Assembly: GCF_006345805.1 (NCBI RefSeq)
Contig: NC_042999.1
Coordinates: forward strand, 165,974,001-166,038,000
Length of the DNA: 64,000 nucleotides
Source: Octopus sinensis
Lineage: Eukaryota
Direction: 5' to 3'
The notes under the pieces were generated by a model that was given only the letters and a program-made list of their open reading frames with translations, searched no databases and had not been told where the DNA came from. Position numbers and translations under genes: made by a program. Each line of letters begins with the position of its first letter. The first letter of the stretch is position 1. Below are positions 62,591 through 64,000 of the stretch, piece after piece.

Positions 62591-63719
62591 ATTGCTCTCG
62601 GACTTAGATGCATATATTCAAATATTCTGCAAGAACATGTCTGGACATGGGGAAATATTGCTTGGAAACGGGTAAGTGTTGACAACAGGAAAGGCATCTG
62701 ACCATAGAAAGTCTGTCTCAATAAACTCTGTCCAATCTATGCATGGAATAGTGGACGTTAACAGCATGCATACCCAACTTTTGTTTTCTCATCACTTTCC
62801 CGCAAAAAAGGCAAAATGGCTGGGTGGTAAGAAGTTTGCTTCCCAACTACATGGTTCCAGGTTCAGTCCCACTATGTGGCACCTTGGGCATGCGGCTTCT
62901 ACTATAGCCTTGGGCCAACCAATGTCTTGTGAGTGGATTTGGTAGATGGAAACATACGTGTTCCCCCCACCATCGCTTGACAGCCGGTGTTGGTGTGTTT
63001 ACGTCCCCATATTCTAGAGGTTCGACAAAGAGACCAATAGAATAAATACTAGGCTTAAAAAAGAAAATAATACTGGGATCGATTCATTCGACTAAAAGTT
63101 CCTCAAGCCATTGCCCCAGTATGGCTGCAGTCTAATAACTGAAACTAGTAGAAAATAAAAGATAAATACTTTTCAGTTAGTGCAGACGACCATTATATTG
63201 GAATTTAATGTAAAAAATAAAATTGTTGGACACACATACAAATATATTGACACATCACAATTTTTTACGATATTTCATGTTTCATTTTATAGATATTGTC
63301 GTGTAGGAGCCCACCATTTTTTTTTCATATTAAATTGCAATACTAATCTCCACCATCTGAAAAGTAGTTGTAGAAAATTCATTAAAAATACTTATTTGTC
63401 GGAAAGTTATGAGGAAAGAAAGCCGAATCGTATGAATTTTCTGAATCCCCTCTCCCTACCCTCGGGAATATTTTTCATAACAGATTCTATTGTAATCAGA
63501 ATTTACATCATCTGAAGCGTATTTATAGAAAATTTCATTAAAGAATATCCATTTTTCTGGAAGTTATGAGGAAACTAAGTGAAGAGGGACAGACTTGTGT
63601 AGGTTTACCGATGATAACACGAATTGTCAAACAGCCACCCACTCCCAAGAATATTAGGATCGGAGCGGCGGATATAGTTCTCCTCTATTCTTTTATGTTC
63701 TGGGTTCAAATCCCGACAA

Positions 63720-63914
63720 CTTCGATATAGCAACACTAGAGCAAGCTCTGTGCTCGTGTCCCGCCCTGGATCGCAACTGGCGCGGTTCGTCGCTTTTGCT
63801 GCAGCTTTCACAGAGCGGAAGTGAAGCGTTAGTTAAACGGAAGCGGTATACCACGTGATAAGTACTTGATGTTGGTCCGTTGATACTACTTCAATTTGGT
63901 AATTTACCGGAGCG
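63720..63914. promoter_or_regulatory. CpG-rich putative (possibly bidirectional) promoter
   Basis: Strong CpG enrichment, two CGGAAG ETS-type motifs (gcggaagtg, acggaagc) and an E-box CACGTG. Confidence 0.65.
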
Positions 63915-63920
63915 ATGGGG
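63915..63920 (+). CDS. Possible first coding micro-segment (Met-Gly) of a gene extending beyond the window
   Basis: gcgATGGGG|GTAAGT: a purine at -3 and G at +4, directly followed by a consensus donor, downstream of the promoter motifs. Confidence 0.45.
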
Positions 63921-64000
63921 GTAAGTGCGAACGATTTTCACCTGCATACTGGCCGTGTAGAAGAGAAAGGGAGTGAGAAAGGCTTCTGATGGATCAACGT

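Overview
This is AT-rich, microsatellite-dense animal genomic DNA, not prokaryotic. The repeat content (tRNA-derived SINEs, RTE 3' tails, TTAGGG arrays) suggests a cephalopod such as Octopus; that assignment is an inference. The one host gene I can identify is missing from the ORF track: a minus-strand lysyl hydroxylase (PLOD family). Its signal-peptide exon is at 36121-36181 and its second exon at 1694-1782, separated by a ~34.3 kb first intron; the gene runs off the left edge. CpG-rich promoter-like regions lie at ~36380-36620 and ~63720-63930, and the second probably starts another gene at the right edge. The rest is mostly transposon debris: mariner, Tigger/pogo and maT-like DNA transposons, piggyBac and Tc1 MITEs, non-autonomous Helitrons plus a Helitron helicase relic, RTE LINEs (one ending in three C2H2 fingers), a Gypsy gag-protease relic, several SINE families and Penelope-like elements (PLEs). 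The most notable structures are (i) hammerhead-ribozyme motifs in fold-back PLE termini, one with an intact core on the sense strand of the PLOD intron and paired with a 220-bp antisense copy, and (ii) a nested long-TIR fold-back element carrying ~400 bp of telomeric repeat just upstream of the PLOD promoter. I see no CRISPR array, rRNA or genuine tRNA. Boundaries were read by eye, and repeat ends are approximate unless a TSD is quoted.
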